A stretch of 64,000 bases of DNA from positions 51,894,001 through 51,958,000 of the forward strand of contig OZ024742.1 in the NCBI GenBank assembly GCA_964016885.1. The letters are read 5' to 3'. Below the pieces are notes generated by a model. The model saw only the letters and a program-made list of their open reading frames with translations. It was not told the origin of the DNA and ran no database searches. The first letter of the stretch is position 1, and each line of letters begins with the position of its first letter. Shown here in pieces: positions 1-13,912 of this stretch. Position numbers and translations under genes: made by a program. Source of the stretch: Eledone cirrhosa. Its lineage: Eukaryota.

Positions 1-84
1 TGTTAAAATATGGGTTCTTTAGAATAACATTTTTCGCGGCGTCTTCTAGCATTACTGTAGTGTGACCCGTACGCTGACTTTTCT

Positions 85-153
<69 letters not shown>

Positions 154-348
154 TCTTTTTTTATTCTCTGACGGAGAGGTGGTAGTACATTATAAGCCTT
201 CGCCCCTTCACCAGATGGTCATTAGTAGACCGACTTGCCATCACTTGAGGGCGACTGACCGAGGTGAAAGCAGCTAGTTGGTCAGTCGTCCTCTCTGTCT
301 CTGATTTTCGGACCCATGGATTTTATATATTCCTTTGTTATATTTCGA

Positions 349-406
349 ATACCTGATGATATCACCGGATTCATACGGAACCCGGTCATTGAAATGATCA
401 TAGTAT
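349..406 (+). ncRNA. Type I hammerhead ribozyme motif (canonical CUGAUGA core, palindromic helix III)
   Basis: ATAC-CTGATGA-(stem ACCGG.TTC/GAA.CCGGT)-GAAA-TGATCA-TA-GTAT. Helix I AUAC/GUAU, self-complementary AUGAUCAU helix III. Homologous to 16148-16205. Confidence 0.7.
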
Positions 407-601
407 AATAAACTTTTCAATGATTTAACCAGTCCAACCTCCTGATATTTTATTTATAATAATTAACTCCGTATTAGAACCACCAACTACACAAACGAAG
501 ACGGGTGAACTGCACTACGTTGAGTACTCTCCATAATATTACATCAAGATTGACCATACGGAATGACCAATTCTATCCAGTGGTGAACCAACAAACCTAA
601 A

Positions 602-633
<32 letters not shown>

Positions 634-634
634 T

Positions 635-1426
635 ATACAAATAAAATTATCGAGAATCGAAACTTCGGCCCACGAAATAACTAAAAACATTCTCTCCGAA
701 ATGTGCGGCAAAGTGCTCAATGGTTCGGATGAACCAGAGCTATAACTAACGTTTAATACCAAACACACTGAGACGATGTTTAAACAATCATTCGCACAGC
801 CAAAAAATACGATCAAGTAATTCGGGTCAAACAAATAAAAATATACATGATTGAAACATTTACCCGGACCCCCTGGAAAGGTGGTAAAACCCAGCATTTG
901 GGTTTCTGCGACTCCGAAATCAGGTACCGTCCGCCTACATAAAAAATGTCCGGCTTCTGGTAAGATGATGAATTCGCTTTTTCAACAGGCTTTTAGTTCA
1001 GTAATACAGGGGAAGACTTTTACTGAATCCACGTGGGGATTAGCAAGGGAGGCAACCCCTATATTAGGCGAATGAATTCAGTTGTGTATATTATTGTAAG
1101 AATACAAAATATCACAAATCTAATTAGAGTTCTCAACAGACGGGTTAAAGTTAACATAAGCTATTCATCAGTCAATAGAATCAACTAAAAAATCAATAAA
1201 ATTAACTGATCAATAGGTAGAGTCTGGAGATAAATACAAATAAAATTATCGAGAATCGAAACTTCGGCCCAAGAAATAACGAAAACCAATCTCCGAAATG
1301 TGCGGCAAAGTGCTCAATGGTTCGGATGAACCAGAGCTATAACTAACGTTTAATACCAAACACACTGAGACGATGTTTAAACAATCATTCGCACAGCCAA
1401 AAAATACGATCAAGTAATTCGGGTCA
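635..1426 (-). mobile_element. Terminally redundant non-coding element (~599-bp monomer plus ~193-bp repeat) in (TA)n; retrozyme/PLE-pLTR-like
   Basis: 635-829 is repeated almost exactly at 1234-1426, with (TA)n on both sides. Contains a hammerhead-like motif on the minus strand and no credible ORF. Confidence 0.7.
888..989 (-). ncRNA. Hammerhead-like motif with UUGAAAA (U3-A8) core, helix I degenerate
   Basis: Minus strand: TTGAAAA-A-GCGAATTC...GGAGTCGC-A-GAAACCCA-AATGC-TGGGT-T. Helices II and III form; helix I does not pair well. Confidence 0.5.
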
Positions 1427-2023
1427 TATATATATATATACATATAAGCCAATAAAATAATTACTATTGGACGAATGCTAAGATATCTTCGTTCGGGCGT
1501 CGATATAATTGGCTTTCCCTTCTCCACAACTCGTTGATTTTCTGCTTAAATATTTAGTAGTAGTAGTAGTAGTATGCGGATATTTTGCTCTTGTTTACTT
1601 AAACTAACTAAGACTTCAGCGAAAATTTAATTTTTAAGAGTCGAATACTGTAAATGTGTCGGTTAAATATGCAACCTTTCCGAAAGGAACAAAAATTATA
1701 TTATTATAAACTATATATAATATTGTTAGTATTAATTCGTTTTATGAAGCTAAAATACGTAGAAAATTCTACGTCTTCGCCGTTTTATGCGGTATGGAGG
1801 TTCAATGAAAAATTATATTGTGTGAAGTAATTAACCATTGTTAAGTAACAGAGAAGTATCCATTGTAAAGTATCTGTCAGAAATTTACACCAGCGTTTAT
1901 TCTTTTTGGGTCGTTACGTGAGTGCAGGATCATTGAATGCTACATATTATTGTCAATAAATTGTGAAGAAGAGACATGCTTTTGTTTTCCTTTTGTTGAT
2001 GATTCTTATAAGCAATGTTGTCA

Positions 2024-2081
2024 CTGATGAAGGTTATGGCTTAGCTTGTCTTGCGTTTAATAACCATAACTGAATTGCACT
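2024..2081 (+). ncRNA. Degenerate hammerhead relic
   Basis: CTGATGA-AG-GTTATGG...CCATAAC-T-GAATTGCAC. Core and helix II present, 3' half decayed. Confidence 0.35.
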
Positions 2082-2388
2082 TTCTTATATGTTGGGTTTC
2101 CCTGCAGAGATACCTCTTTTTCACAATATTCTTTATAAATTATATAAATGTCATATTATATTCTTATTAAGAAATATCATAAATTGTCTAGTCTCCATAT
2201 GTATTTATCTTTAGTGAGAGGAAGCTAGCTGACATACCCAATAAAAAATGTTCTGAAGTACAGACGTTCACCTAGATGTGCTAGAAAAATCCACACACAC
2301 ACCAACGCAAACACACAGATTTTTTTAGCCACTTTATAATAATAATAATAATAACAATAATAATCGTATATTATTATGTATGGACATG

Positions 2389-2462
<74 letters not shown>

Positions 2463-2532
2463 CATGAGTGTGTGTATGCGTATATATATATATATATATA
2501 TATATAAACATGTATATTCATACAAATAGGAA

Positions 2533-2722
2533 AAATAATTGTTTCTTCGTTTGGCACGAGGCCAGCAATCACCCAGTGCATTACTGGTACTTTATTTTAT
2601 CGACCTCATAAGGATGAAAGGCAAAGTTAACCTCGACGGGATTGAACTCAGACTGTAAAGGGACATAACTATGCTGAAAAGCATGGCGTCCGACCCTCTA
2701 CCGATACTGCCAATACACCGCC
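2533..2722 (-). mobile_element. tRNA-derived SINE (same family as 51527-51717)
   Basis: Reverse complement matches GGCGGTGGATTGGCAGTATCG...GAGTTCAA.TCCCG.CGAGGT..ACTTTGCCTTTCATCCTT...GTCGATAAAATAAAGTACCAG. Confidence 0.85.
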
Positions 2723-3315
2723 TAGGAAAAATAATGATTTATGAAATGAAATAAAATATTACAATTAAAGGAAAAAATAAAATCCAACATACAATAAAAA
2801 AACAAAGAATTATAATTATGAGATAAAATTATTTTGCATAAGAAAATATATTAATCGATTTGATATTGATACATTTTTTTCTTTTTCAGATTTATTTCTT
2901 ATTCTCCTTCTGACTGAATATTTCCTCAAGCGTAAAGATTGCCTGATTTATTCCTCGTTTCTCTGGTTTCTTTGAAATATATGTCGAATTACACTACGGT
3001 CCAACTTTAATGTCTTCATCTCAATCGATATTTCTTACAATATATTGCCTATTAAAATCATTGGGCTATCGTTGAAAGATTTGTTAGATTATTTTCTTGG
3101 ATAGCTGCACTGCGATCGTCATCATCATCAGTATCATCGTCATTAACATTATAATCATCATCATCATCATCATTCTTGTCATTATTATTATTATAATAAT
3201 CGTGTTCATCATCATCATGATTACCTTTAATGTCCACTTTTAATAGTTGGTTTGGTGGATAAGCAATCTATGCACATTACATATAAATTATACATATACA
3301 CACAGACATGTCTAC

Positions 3316-3356
<41 letters not shown>

Positions 3357-3412
3357 TATACACATATATATATATACACATATATATATGCATATATATA
3401 TATATATGCACA

Positions 3413-3493
<81 letters not shown>

Positions 3494-3904
3494 ATGAAGG
3501 TTCATTGTATTTAACTGTACGTTGCTCCATGTTACATGGCGCTGTGTGATATTATTCCTTATATTAAAGAACGTACGTCTGATTAAGTGCGTGTATGATT
3601 TTTTATGGAAATGCGTAAGTATATGCAGAAAAAATTGATTGAACGTGAGTATGTGTATGTGAATGTAAGAATCTGTATGAAAGTGTGTGTGTGGGGTGGA
3701 CTATGCCATATACTCCTCTGTGTATGTAGGCATAATTCTATGTGTTTAAGAGTGTATGTATGTATGTATACCACATAAAGTAGTTTCTAGCACTAAAAGC
3801 AGCTAGATTAAATCATATACTCCACCGGTAGTTTATTGTGCAGCATTGGGACAATTTTATGGAAAGCCACTCATCTAAATACATAATATGTCTCTGTACA
3901 TGTG

Positions 3905-4066
3905 ACCGGTTACATCGATCCCAACATGTACCTGATACTTATTTTATCGAGCACAAAATGATAGAAAGCAAATTGACCATGGCGTAATTAAGACTTAGAG
4001 TGGAAAGGGCCCTAGTTAAATACGACAAAACATTGTTTCCGACGCTCTACCGATATGGCCAATCCA
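3905..4066 (-). mobile_element. Degraded copy of the same tRNA-derived SINE
   Basis: Contains TACT.TATTTTATCGA and CCGACGCTCTACCGATA segments of the family. Confidence 0.6.
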
Positions 4067-4250
4067 TCTTCTTCTTCTTCTTCTTCTTCTTCTTCTTCTT
4101 CTGACGGGGTCGTCGGTGCAGAGTCCTCCAACACTCCCTCCGGTGGGTCTTGTCAGAAGCAACTCTCTCCAACTAATTCGGCTGGATTCCCAAGCGTGAC
4201 CGGCCCAGCTCAAGGATGTTATCCAACTATCTTGCTTCGAGTCTAGCCCT
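4067..4250 (-). mobile_element. Probable 3' end of a LINE (RTE-like) with (GAA)n tail
   Basis: GC-richer segment ending on the minus strand in a (GAA)n tract, similar in organisation to 61690-62096. Confidence 0.4.
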
Positions 4251-5400
4251 GGGAATTTAATATTGCACCTTATTTATCGTAATATTATTTGAAAATTATT
4301 GGAAACTGAACTAATATAATTCTGCTAAATATGTAAGATAGATATTTTATTCTGAAATGAATTTTGTTTACGGTATCATCTATAAAACATATTATCGCTT
4401 TATTCTTGTTTATTCTGAAGACGAAAAACTCTCGACTGTCAGAAAATATCACCTGTTATGCATTTTTCAAACATGAACCATTTCAATTTGAAAATATTAT
4501 ACGAAATTCTTCTGTCTCTTCCTATAACAACTATCGGAAATCCTTTTCGTTAGTTTGATCCATAAAAAAGGATGTGTTCATAGCCATCACAGGTCATCGA
4601 AGAAGGCATAATCGGTGCATCTTATGTTATGTCTAAATCATACACATTTTTAAAAAATCCGAAATTATTACGAAGCATGAATATTATAAGTAAACATTCG
4701 CCAATTACGAAATTTTCAAGGAGCAAATGAGGATGTAAGCAATAGTATGATTTGCTACGAGTAACAGTTAAATATCTCTAAATGAAGTTGCAATATTTTA
4801 TGGATGTGTTGGAACATATTCAATATTTTTTTCTACTTATTACATTTGCAAATTATCTCCCACTGGACATGCTCTCACGTTCAGCAACTCCCATTCATTT
4901 TAAAGTAGCTTGCCAGACAAATTTATTACAATTTTGAAACATTCTATGAAATTTTACGGAATCTATAAACTCAAATAATTAGAAAAGCTAAACATTTCAT
5001 TTTACTTATATTTCTATTTTCTAAACTATAAGTATATTTTAAAAGTTCTGCTATAGAAGAACGAAAATAACTATCCGACCTTGTTCCAGCAGTACAGCAA
5101 ATAAACTAAATAGGAAAATTGATTAGATAGATACTTTAATTATATATTTTTCATCAAAGTCGATAGTTGAAATAACAGAAAATTAAAATTGGAAAAATTT
5201 GATTTATATGCCACTGAATGTTTGATATATTAACTACAAATCATAAACGACAAAATGTATTTATGTATATTACAACGAAACATCCTAACACATTTTCACA
5301 TGAACTAAAAGGACATTCACACACACACACACACATGATTATGAGTCATGGGTCCTGACTCTTTTCCTATATAGCGAGGGATGTGTAACGTCCCAATATG

Positions 5401-5443
<43 letters not shown>

Positions 5444-5566
5444 CGAGGAAGAGTGACATACATACATACATACATACGCACATACATACATACATACATA
5501 CATACACACATACATACATACATACATACATACATACATACATACATACATACATACATACATACA

Positions 5567-5599
<33 letters not shown>

Positions 5600-6433
5600 G
5601 GATATGAATTTATATATTCTCTATATATAGATATAGATATATATATAGAATATAAGGTTGATTGGTATGCTACAGACATTAGAATTGTAGACTTGAATTG
5701 ATTTATATATATCAAAGCAAAAATATATATTAAAAAACTTAAATAGAGGGAAAGATTTTATACGGTAAGGCACATGCTTATCGAAGAAAATGCCGAGAAG
5801 GGATGAAAGGATCAGGCAAAGGCGAATTGAATTAACTTGTGTGTGAACTTGCCTTGTACATCGCGTTTATTTATGTTCCTCTTCCAGTTATTTCTCTGCG
5901 CCTATATGCTTTCCTTACCCTGCTTCTCTCTCAATCTGTTCTATGTTCCATCCGTATGTCCCTTACCTCGTTAATTGACTCTCTGCCGATCGCTGACTGC
6001 TGGTCTCTATCCTGATGCATTTTTACCCACCGCTGTCGTTGACAGCATTTGGCTGTTTTAACAGCTAATCTAGTATTGAGTTTTTTTTAATTTGTCTATG
6101 AATAGCTAAAAGCAACTTCATCAGCGTGGGTTTAGCCCCCCCCCCCCCCCCCCCCCTCCCCAGAAGAGATCAGCTTCCTACTGACTGTTTTGGTATTATT
6201 TAGCCTTTGCTGTAGTACATACTACCACGTGACCGCAATGAGGAAGTAAGTTAGTTCCGAATATTCACGGATATTTATATATATTTATATATAATATATA
6301 AAAGAAATGTCTGTCAATAGTTGGTGTCTTCGTGCATCACACAGAAACAAACACAGACAATCGAAAGGTAAGTACAGCAATTGAATAAGAGTATACCAAG
6401 GAAGGTTTATTGATACTCATTTTATAGATTAAC

Positions 6434-6541
6434 GAAATAATTGTTTCTACTTTAGGCACAAGGCCAGCAAATACCCAGTGCATTACTGGTACTTTATTTT
6501 ATCGACCCCGTAAGGATGAAAGGCAAAGTCAACCTCGGCGG
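6434..6541 (-). mobile_element. 3' half of the tRNA-derived SINE
   Basis: Near-exact reverse complement of the 3' half of 51527-51717. Confidence 0.85.
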
Positions 6542-7202
6542 GACGAAATAATACCCTGCGTATGCTAACCAACCCGACTGCTATTTCTAAGCGATTCTCT
6601 CTCCGTTGTCAACGACTCCATGGAAATGGACGCTGGTTTACACATACACACACATTTATTTATATATAATTATCTATATCTATATTTGTATATATAATAT
6701 TAAACATTCGAATTCCATCATCTGTTTGAGAAAACTGGACAAACCACGTCTCTGCAATGGCGCGCGCTTAACAGTCAGGTACATCATGAACCATCTCCTA
6801 GAGGTCAATATTCTTGGTGGCAATCAAAGAGAAAGTGCGTTTATTCCCAATATTCCTGTCATCCCTTTCTCTGCCGGGTTGCCGTTCAAATTCTAAAGTC
6901 TTTAGTTCCCCGTTAGAGCCTGATTTGTTATTATAATAAATAAAGCACAGGGGACAGTCTCGAAGTTCTAGGATTGAATATGAGAGAATCGGGTTTTACC
7001 CATGGACAGTTATATGAAGATTGTTCACGATTGGAAACACCTAGAAATCTTCATATATTATGCACGAATGGTAAAACGAAGAATTTGGTGTATCTGGAAT
7101 ATTTGTGTCTGCTCTTACCGTAAACCAGATAATGTCCAATACAGTCGTTTTCTCTTCTACCGGTCTTCTCTCATCATCCTTTTACTCGGGCAAAGCTCCG
7201 TA

Positions 7203-7255
<53 letters not shown>

Positions 7256-7261
7256 AGGGAG

Positions 7262-7345
7262 AGATATAAATAGATAGATAGATAGATAGATAGATTGATT
7301 GATAAATAAATAGATAGGTAGATAGATAGATATATATATACATAA

Positions 7346-7425
<80 letters not shown>
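7262..7425. repeat. (GATA)n microsatellite, unoccupied
   Basis: Direct reading. Confidence 0.95.
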
Positions 7426-7639
7426 GTATATAAATATACATATATGTGTGTGTGTTTGTATGTGGTTTGTGTGTATGTGTGTGCAATTATTGCATCATCT
7501 TCCCGTTTAAACTCTATAATTCAAGCAAATTGAGCAACGCATAAATTGAGGTTGGATATAAAACTGAATAATGCAAAATTAGTCTCGATTCTCTCTCAGA
7601 ATTTATCACATTGAATATAAATTTGGACTTAAGAGCTTA

Positions 7640-7870
7640 ATGCCGTGGATTCGATTCCCTGACTAGGATGTGTGTTATGTTCTTGAACTAAACACTTTCA
7701 GTTGCTCCAGTGTACTAAGCTGAAACTGAGTACAGGCAATAGCTGTAAGTTTAAACCTACAATGGACTTTCGTCCTGTCCAGAGGAAGGGTCTAGTACTC
7801 TCAGTCACTCTACGCCACAGAAAACGGAATAAACACTGGCCGGATGAGCCTACGGTTTGTAGACAATCTT
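7640..7870 (+). mobile_element. Second SINE family, degraded
   Basis: B-box-like GGATTCGATTCCC followed by TGTTCTTGAACTAAACACTTT...TTGCTCCAGTGTACTAAGCTG, typical of central-domain SINEs. Confidence 0.5.
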
Positions 7871-8167
7871 TAGTCTTCTATTTAGGGATTTTATATGTCG
7901 GAAATTTTAGTGTTTCAGATCGTAGGAAATAAAAGCTGACCTACGGATTGTTATACTCGCTGACAGGTCAATAAAGCTCACATTATTTATGCGTTGAAAG
8001 GAAATGGTTGTGTGAATGACAAATGAAATGTATTAACTGAGTCATTATATCCTATGTTTAGAGAAAGGGAACTGTTTCCCTTGACAGATATACTAGTGTG
8101 TCTAGATGTTCACAAATATGGTAAACGTTATAATCTGATTTTTAGTTTTTAATATATAATAGTCAAG

Positions 8168-8375
8168 TCGGTGAATTGACAGTATCGTTAGAGCCAAGGA
8201 AAATATGCTTTGAAGCATATAGTTACGGCCGTTTATGTTCTGATTTCAAATTCCGCCGATGAAATTTGCCTTTCATGCTTACGGGATCGATCAAATAAAT
8301 TACCAGTAACGAACTGCGGTCAATTTAATCGGTTTTTTCCCTCCTTCTGTTGGATTGTGACTAAATAAGGAACTA
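8168..8375 (+). mobile_element. Diverged tRNA-derived SINE copy
   Basis: GGTGAATTGACAGTATCG...TTCAAATTCCGCCGA...TTTGCCTTTCATGCTTACGGGATCGAT matches the family. Confidence 0.75.
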
Positions 8376-9819
8376 TTATATGGTAGTCAGACTTTCATAT
8401 TAAGGTTTACATAAATTCAGAAGGTCGTTCCAAACTTACTTATTGAGTCTGCATCGGAAATTTTCAGTTTATTTCGGCAGAAAATTAATTGTTGTACAAC
8501 AAAACCTGCGAAGAAATACTCTAGTTAATCATTATAAATTAAATTATACACCAGAAATAACGTATTTAAGTTAATTAGATTTAAATGATTAATTCATGTA
8601 ACAATGATCTGGATTAGGTAGATAATTAAGGAAATAACTTAATTTAATGAACGGGGAAGGATTGTAAGCAAGGCTTTAAAGTGACAGTGTATTGTATGTT
8701 GAATACAATTAATTATGATTTATTAAAACACCGCACTTTGGTGGGAATAGAACCAGAATTCCTAACGTTAATTGTAAGCAACTGGGAATGTGAGCTGCTT
8801 TCAAGAGATTCTGAACAAATTAAAATACATTAATCTGCCACAAGAAAACATATCTATGTGTGTCGGGTTCCAGATTGGCGGCGTATCCTAGGAGAGAATT
8901 CTGCATGAAGGAGTATGGATATATTGTAGTATTACTCATACTTAATATATGAATAATACATTCATCCTTCAAAATACATTCATTCTTTAGGGGTGTTCAA
9001 ATTTAAAAGAAAGTAAAACGAGTTACAATTCCTACAGTATCAGCTAATTCAAATGTTAAGGGAAAATTTATAAAGTGCAAAAAGAGTAGAGTATGAGTAC
9101 AAACGCAATGATAAGAACCAAAAGGTTAACATAATATAAATACATACAAAGCAATGGAATTTTAAAAGAATAATGATATTTTACACACACATATACATAT
9201 ATACACATACACATATAAATATATATTTGTGTACGTGTGTGCGTCTGTGTATATGTACATAAAGTGATACGATGACAAATGGCTATCGCTTCATGTTCTG
9301 TGTACCTGATAATTTCATGTAACCAAAGGGTTATAGTATAGAATACCGTGTGTAAAAATTGTATATATATCTTGGTTGTCCATCGTAAACGATGATGACA
9401 TCTTATATATTGTTGTTCCCGTCTGACGTGGGCACGAAGGTGGCTGTGGAGGCCGATCCTTCACTCCGATCCTTGACCGCAGTCAGACCGGCAACTCCCA
9501 GAGGGTAACTCCACCTCTCGCCCATCGCCGCAGAGCTTTGGTAGTGCACACTAAAGAAGAAACCTGTGTGGGAAAGATTTATAGTGGGAAGGCCAGTGCA
9601 CAGTGACGGTCCCACTCACTCGGCCGCAGAAGCCAGATTCCGGTGGTACGGAGGACCGTCACGACTAGGGACTTCCTTGGCTACAGCGGATGGCCACGAC
9701 GTCTGTAGTGCCTTGCCGTACATAAAGAAATATACACGGGTGTGTATGATTGTGTATAGAAGATTATATTAATAAAAGGAATTCCAACTTTGTCTGATTT
9801 ACTCGTTTTATTGTATGTA

Positions 9820-9883
<64 letters not shown>

Positions 9884-9913
9884 GTTATATGTCTATGTAT
9901 ATGTATGTATGTA

Positions 9914-10028
<115 letters not shown>

Positions 10029-10299
10029 CAGCTCACACCTATTCAGGTTTAGCTGGCCTCCTCCAAGGTATATCTCGTTGAAGGTGTCTTGGGTTATTTA
10101 ATGATAGGGACCCAGTGCTCTGCTGTACATCCCTAATTGTATATCGTTAGCTTGGCCACAGCCAAAACTTCGAATTTACTAAACTTCCATTTGTATATAT
10201 ATATATAGAGAGAGAGAGAATAAGAAAATGCGAAGTAGTTTCAGATGTTAAAATCCTTTATTGATAAGGCCGTAAATATATATATATATATATATATAT

Positions 10300-11836
10300 A
10301 TAATGAAAAATTGAACAGGGACAGAACAGAGAGGCAGTACAATAAATGTTTATTAAATTCACGCTCAGGAGAGTGGGAGGTAGGTGGGGGACGACGTTTC
10401 GGGCATAAGCCCTTCTTCAGGTGAGAAGTGTGTGGGAACAGAGTTCAAAAGGTGTGTAGGGGGGTGGTGGAGAGACATAGAGCGAAAGGAAACGGTGCGA
10501 ATGAAAAATTAACAAATAAAGACAAAAAATATAATAAATAAAAATAAAGCATGATCAAAATACAAGGAATGAGAAAATTTAAAAGTAAAGGCATGATCAA
10601 AATAAACTGAAATTAAAAGGGGGGTAAACAGGTCGTGGAGGGGTGTGGGGTGAGTAGGGGTGGTGGCGGGTGGAGTGGGGAGAGGGAGACGGGGTGTTTA
10701 GCGGGAAGGGCTGAAGGTGGTGTGTGTGGTTAGGTGTGCGTGTGTGTGTATGTGAAAGTGAGGGTTGGGGGAAGAAAGGGGTTGCATGTTCAGGAAGGTG
10801 TGTGTGGGGGGTCTTTTTGTGGGTCGGAGTGTCGGTGCGTGTGTGGATAGGGGGTGGGGGAGAGGAATCAGGAGGCTGAGGGTGTAAATATGTGGTGGGA
10901 AGCACGTGTGTGTGGTTTAAGCGTGTTGTGGGTGTGGGTGGCGTGTGGAGAAAAAAAATGTTTGGGGGTTGTAGTGTGGGTGAGTTATATCGGTGATGGC
11001 GTAAGAGGATGGTTGAAAAGTTGGTAAGTTCCACGGATGTTTGGAGATTTGGTTAGAAGTCAATTTCGCGTGTGGGTAATCCAAGAAGCGGTGGTCGGAA
11101 GAGGAGAGATGTGGGGTGCGCGCGCAACAGGAAGTGGTCAGCAGTGGGAGTGCTGTGGTCAGTTGGTGCTGAGAGGTGGTCGGAAGGGCATAGCAGCAGT
11201 CGGTGGAATGGTAGGGAGGCGAGGATGGGTAGGTGTGAGAGTAGGAGTGAGGAGGGTGTGTGTGTGTGTGTGTATTAGTAGGGGTGTTAGTGGGATGAGT
11301 GAGTGTGGAGCGGGGAGAGAAGGGTGTGTGTGGTTCTATGGAGGGAGTGTGGTGTACTGGTGTGTGTGTAGTTTGGTGAAGAGGTGTTAGTGGGTGTTAG
11401 TATACGGGAGGTGGGGAGGGGTGGAATGCAGGTGTGTGTGGGGGTTAGTGGTGGTAGGGTGTGTAGAGTTGGTGGTGTACGAGGGTGTGTGGGTACGTGT
11501 GCGTGGGGTTGGGGGGTGTTAGTGATGTTAGTTGCGTGTGGGGTGGGTGGTGTAAGTGGGTGCGTGTGTGCGTGTGATAAGGAGGGGGAGGAGGAGAAGA
11601 GGGGAGGGAAGGGATGTTAGTATGTTAGTTGGGGAAGGGTGGTCAGATGAGGGGTGGATTGGAGGTGTTAGTATTGTTAGTGTGGGGTGGGCGGTGAAAA
11701 GGAGGGGTGTGTTAGTGGTGTTAGTGGGGGATAAGTGCGGGGGGAAGGGGGCGGTCGAACGCTAAAGGAATAAGGGTGGGGAGTTCAGGCCGGGGGGAGT
11801 GTGGGTCTGTAAGATGAAGATAGTGCGTTGTTCGAC
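10300..11836 (-). mobile_element. 3' portion of a Penelope-like element (GIY-YIG C-terminus, C/A-rich 3' region, hammerhead motif)
   Basis: Minus strand 11836-11762 translates VEQRTIFILQTHTPPGLNSPPLFL*, resembling the E..IF.L.T..P.GLN end of PLE GIY-YIG domains. CTGAAGA-AGGGC-TTAT-GCCC-GAAACGTCGTC lies downstream. Confidence 0.65.
10390..10420 (-). ncRNA. Minimal PLE-type hammerhead motif
   Basis: CUGAAGA-A-GGGC/GCCC-GAAAC-GUC-GUC. Helix I is not evident. Confidence 0.55.
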
Positions 11837-11859
11837 CGTAAGGCCCGTAAGGTCCGTAT

Positions 11860-12187
11860 TTGGCGCAAAACCAATTTTTTATTCACATGACCTCTACCGA
11901 CCAATCAAAATTGTTTTGACCACAAGAATTTTTGCTGAAGCCATTTTTTTAACATAAAAACAGTCTTGGCGCAAAATCAATTTTTTACATTCACATGACC
12001 TCTACCGACCAATCAAAATTGTTTTGACCACAAGAATTTTTGCAAATTGGAGCCACTTTTTTAACATAAAAACAGTCTTGGCGCAAAATCAATTTTTTAC
12101 ATTCACATGACCTCTACCGACCAATCAAAATTGTTTTGACCACAAGAATTTTTGCAAATTGGAGCCACTTTTTTAACATAAAAACAG
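11860..12187. repeat. Tandem repeat, 3 x ~110 bp
   Basis: Units start TTGGCGCAAAA at 11860, 11966 and 12078. Units 2 and 3 are essentially identical. Confidence 0.95.
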
Positions 12188-12443
12188 GTAGAATTCCCAA
12201 AACTAATCAGATCAGAGCAAACAGCACGGACACTCTATCTCAAAATTATTTTTGAAAAGCATTTAGAAATGCGCAACCGGTAAAAACTTAAAAACTTCAA
12301 ACCACAACTGAATACTAACCCATACAATCACTAATACTCTTTTATTCCTAATTAAACCATTTTTTCAACTGTGAACAATTTGTCAGCATTTTCTATTCCG
12401 TTTACCAATATATAATAACTTGTGTGTTACACCTCTATTCTTT

Positions 12444-12520
<77 letters not shown>

Positions 12521-12912
12521 TTATATATATGTTGTGTTGTTCACCAATGGGTAGACCTGTTTATTCTATTCATTTAACCATTACGAAAAGCACTCTACGT
12601 TATGCACCACTTCCATCGTAGATGCTTAATCCCATGGCTGGAACAGAAACGGAGTTAAATATTCAGAGATGTTCTACAGCAACTATAACACCGAATGCGC
12701 AGGTCATTTCCGAATCAATTATATACTCTATTCTCTGTTTGTGTTTGCCGTTATTCCTTTTATTGGTTAACTAATTGTGCAATCCGAATGATGATCTCGC
12801 CACTCACTTACGTAGCTAGCCATTGACATGTATATATATATATATCGTCTTGTTGCATCACTAGAGTTTTAAAAATATATTCTAGTTCAGCCATCCGTTG
12901 TTTTAGTTAAAT

Positions 12913-13023
<111 letters not shown>

Positions 13024-13636
13024 AAAATATGCATATGTGTGGGTGTGTGTGTGTTAGTCCCAAGTACAAAACTCAATACGTTTTTCATTCGAAGGAAATC
13101 ATCAGGGCTTTTCTGATATATGTATATCTCTCTCTCTATATATATATATATGTATGTGTGTATGTATATAAGTACGCATATATATATGTATATATATATG
13201 TATGTGTGTATGTGTGCGTGTGTGTTTAAGCAGGGACCAAGCAAACCAGTGGTCAATCTGTTGGAAGAGAAAGTATTAGTATAAACAATACCTCATACAC
13301 TTAATATGTATGTGACAATATTGATTATGGAAAAGTGCCTTTTTCAATATACAGTGGTGGCCATAACTGGACACCGAAACCACTAGTCTCACATATATGT
13401 TAAGTGTATGTTTTTTTAATATATATACATTTACACACACACACGGTATTTTTTCCATTTCAGGTAGACGCGCTCCACCATCCACTTTTCTAATAAATAA
13501 ATCTTACACAAAACGCCAGCACCAACGGTTTTGCAAGAGGTGTCAACACGAATGAACCTGTTATTTTATCTAAATACATTTTATCCAATTCCAACCCGCC
13601 CGTCCCTTCAATCTAACTTATTTCTCATTCTTTCTT

Positions 13637-13664
13637 CTGATAAAGGACTAGCGTCCGAAACGTA
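13637..13664 (+). ncRNA. Degenerate minimal PLE-type hammerhead
   Basis: CTGATAA-A-GGAC-TAGC-GTCC-GAAACGTA (G8 changed to A). Confidence 0.45.
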
Positions 13665-13845
13665 AAATCCCTCTTCCTGATATATCAAGCGTTAACCTAA
13701 TATATCCCTTCCGTATATTGTACCGATTGTGTTGTTATTTCTGTTAACCTTTTACATATAAATGTATATATATATATAGATATAGATATATACATATATA
13801 TATATGTGTGTGTGTGCGTATGTGTGTGCGTGTGTGTGGGTGTGT

Positions 13846-13912
<67 letters not shown>

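Noticed and set aside
247-293. 14-bp hairpin GAGGGCGACTGACC/GGTCAGTCGTCCTC as a pre-miRNA or terminator
   Set aside because: Too short for a pre-miRNA, and probably part of the adjacent repeat element. No supporting evidence.
6040-6125. Minus-strand CTGATGA...stem...TAAAACAGC-CAAAT-GCTGTC
   Set aside because: G12 is missing, helix II is offset and helix I is absent. At best a relic, so not called.
13309-13395. 3' half of a hammerhead (GGTGGCCA/TGGACACC-GAAAC...GTC-TCACATA)
   Set aside because: No recognisable CUGANGA or UUGANAA core adjacent.
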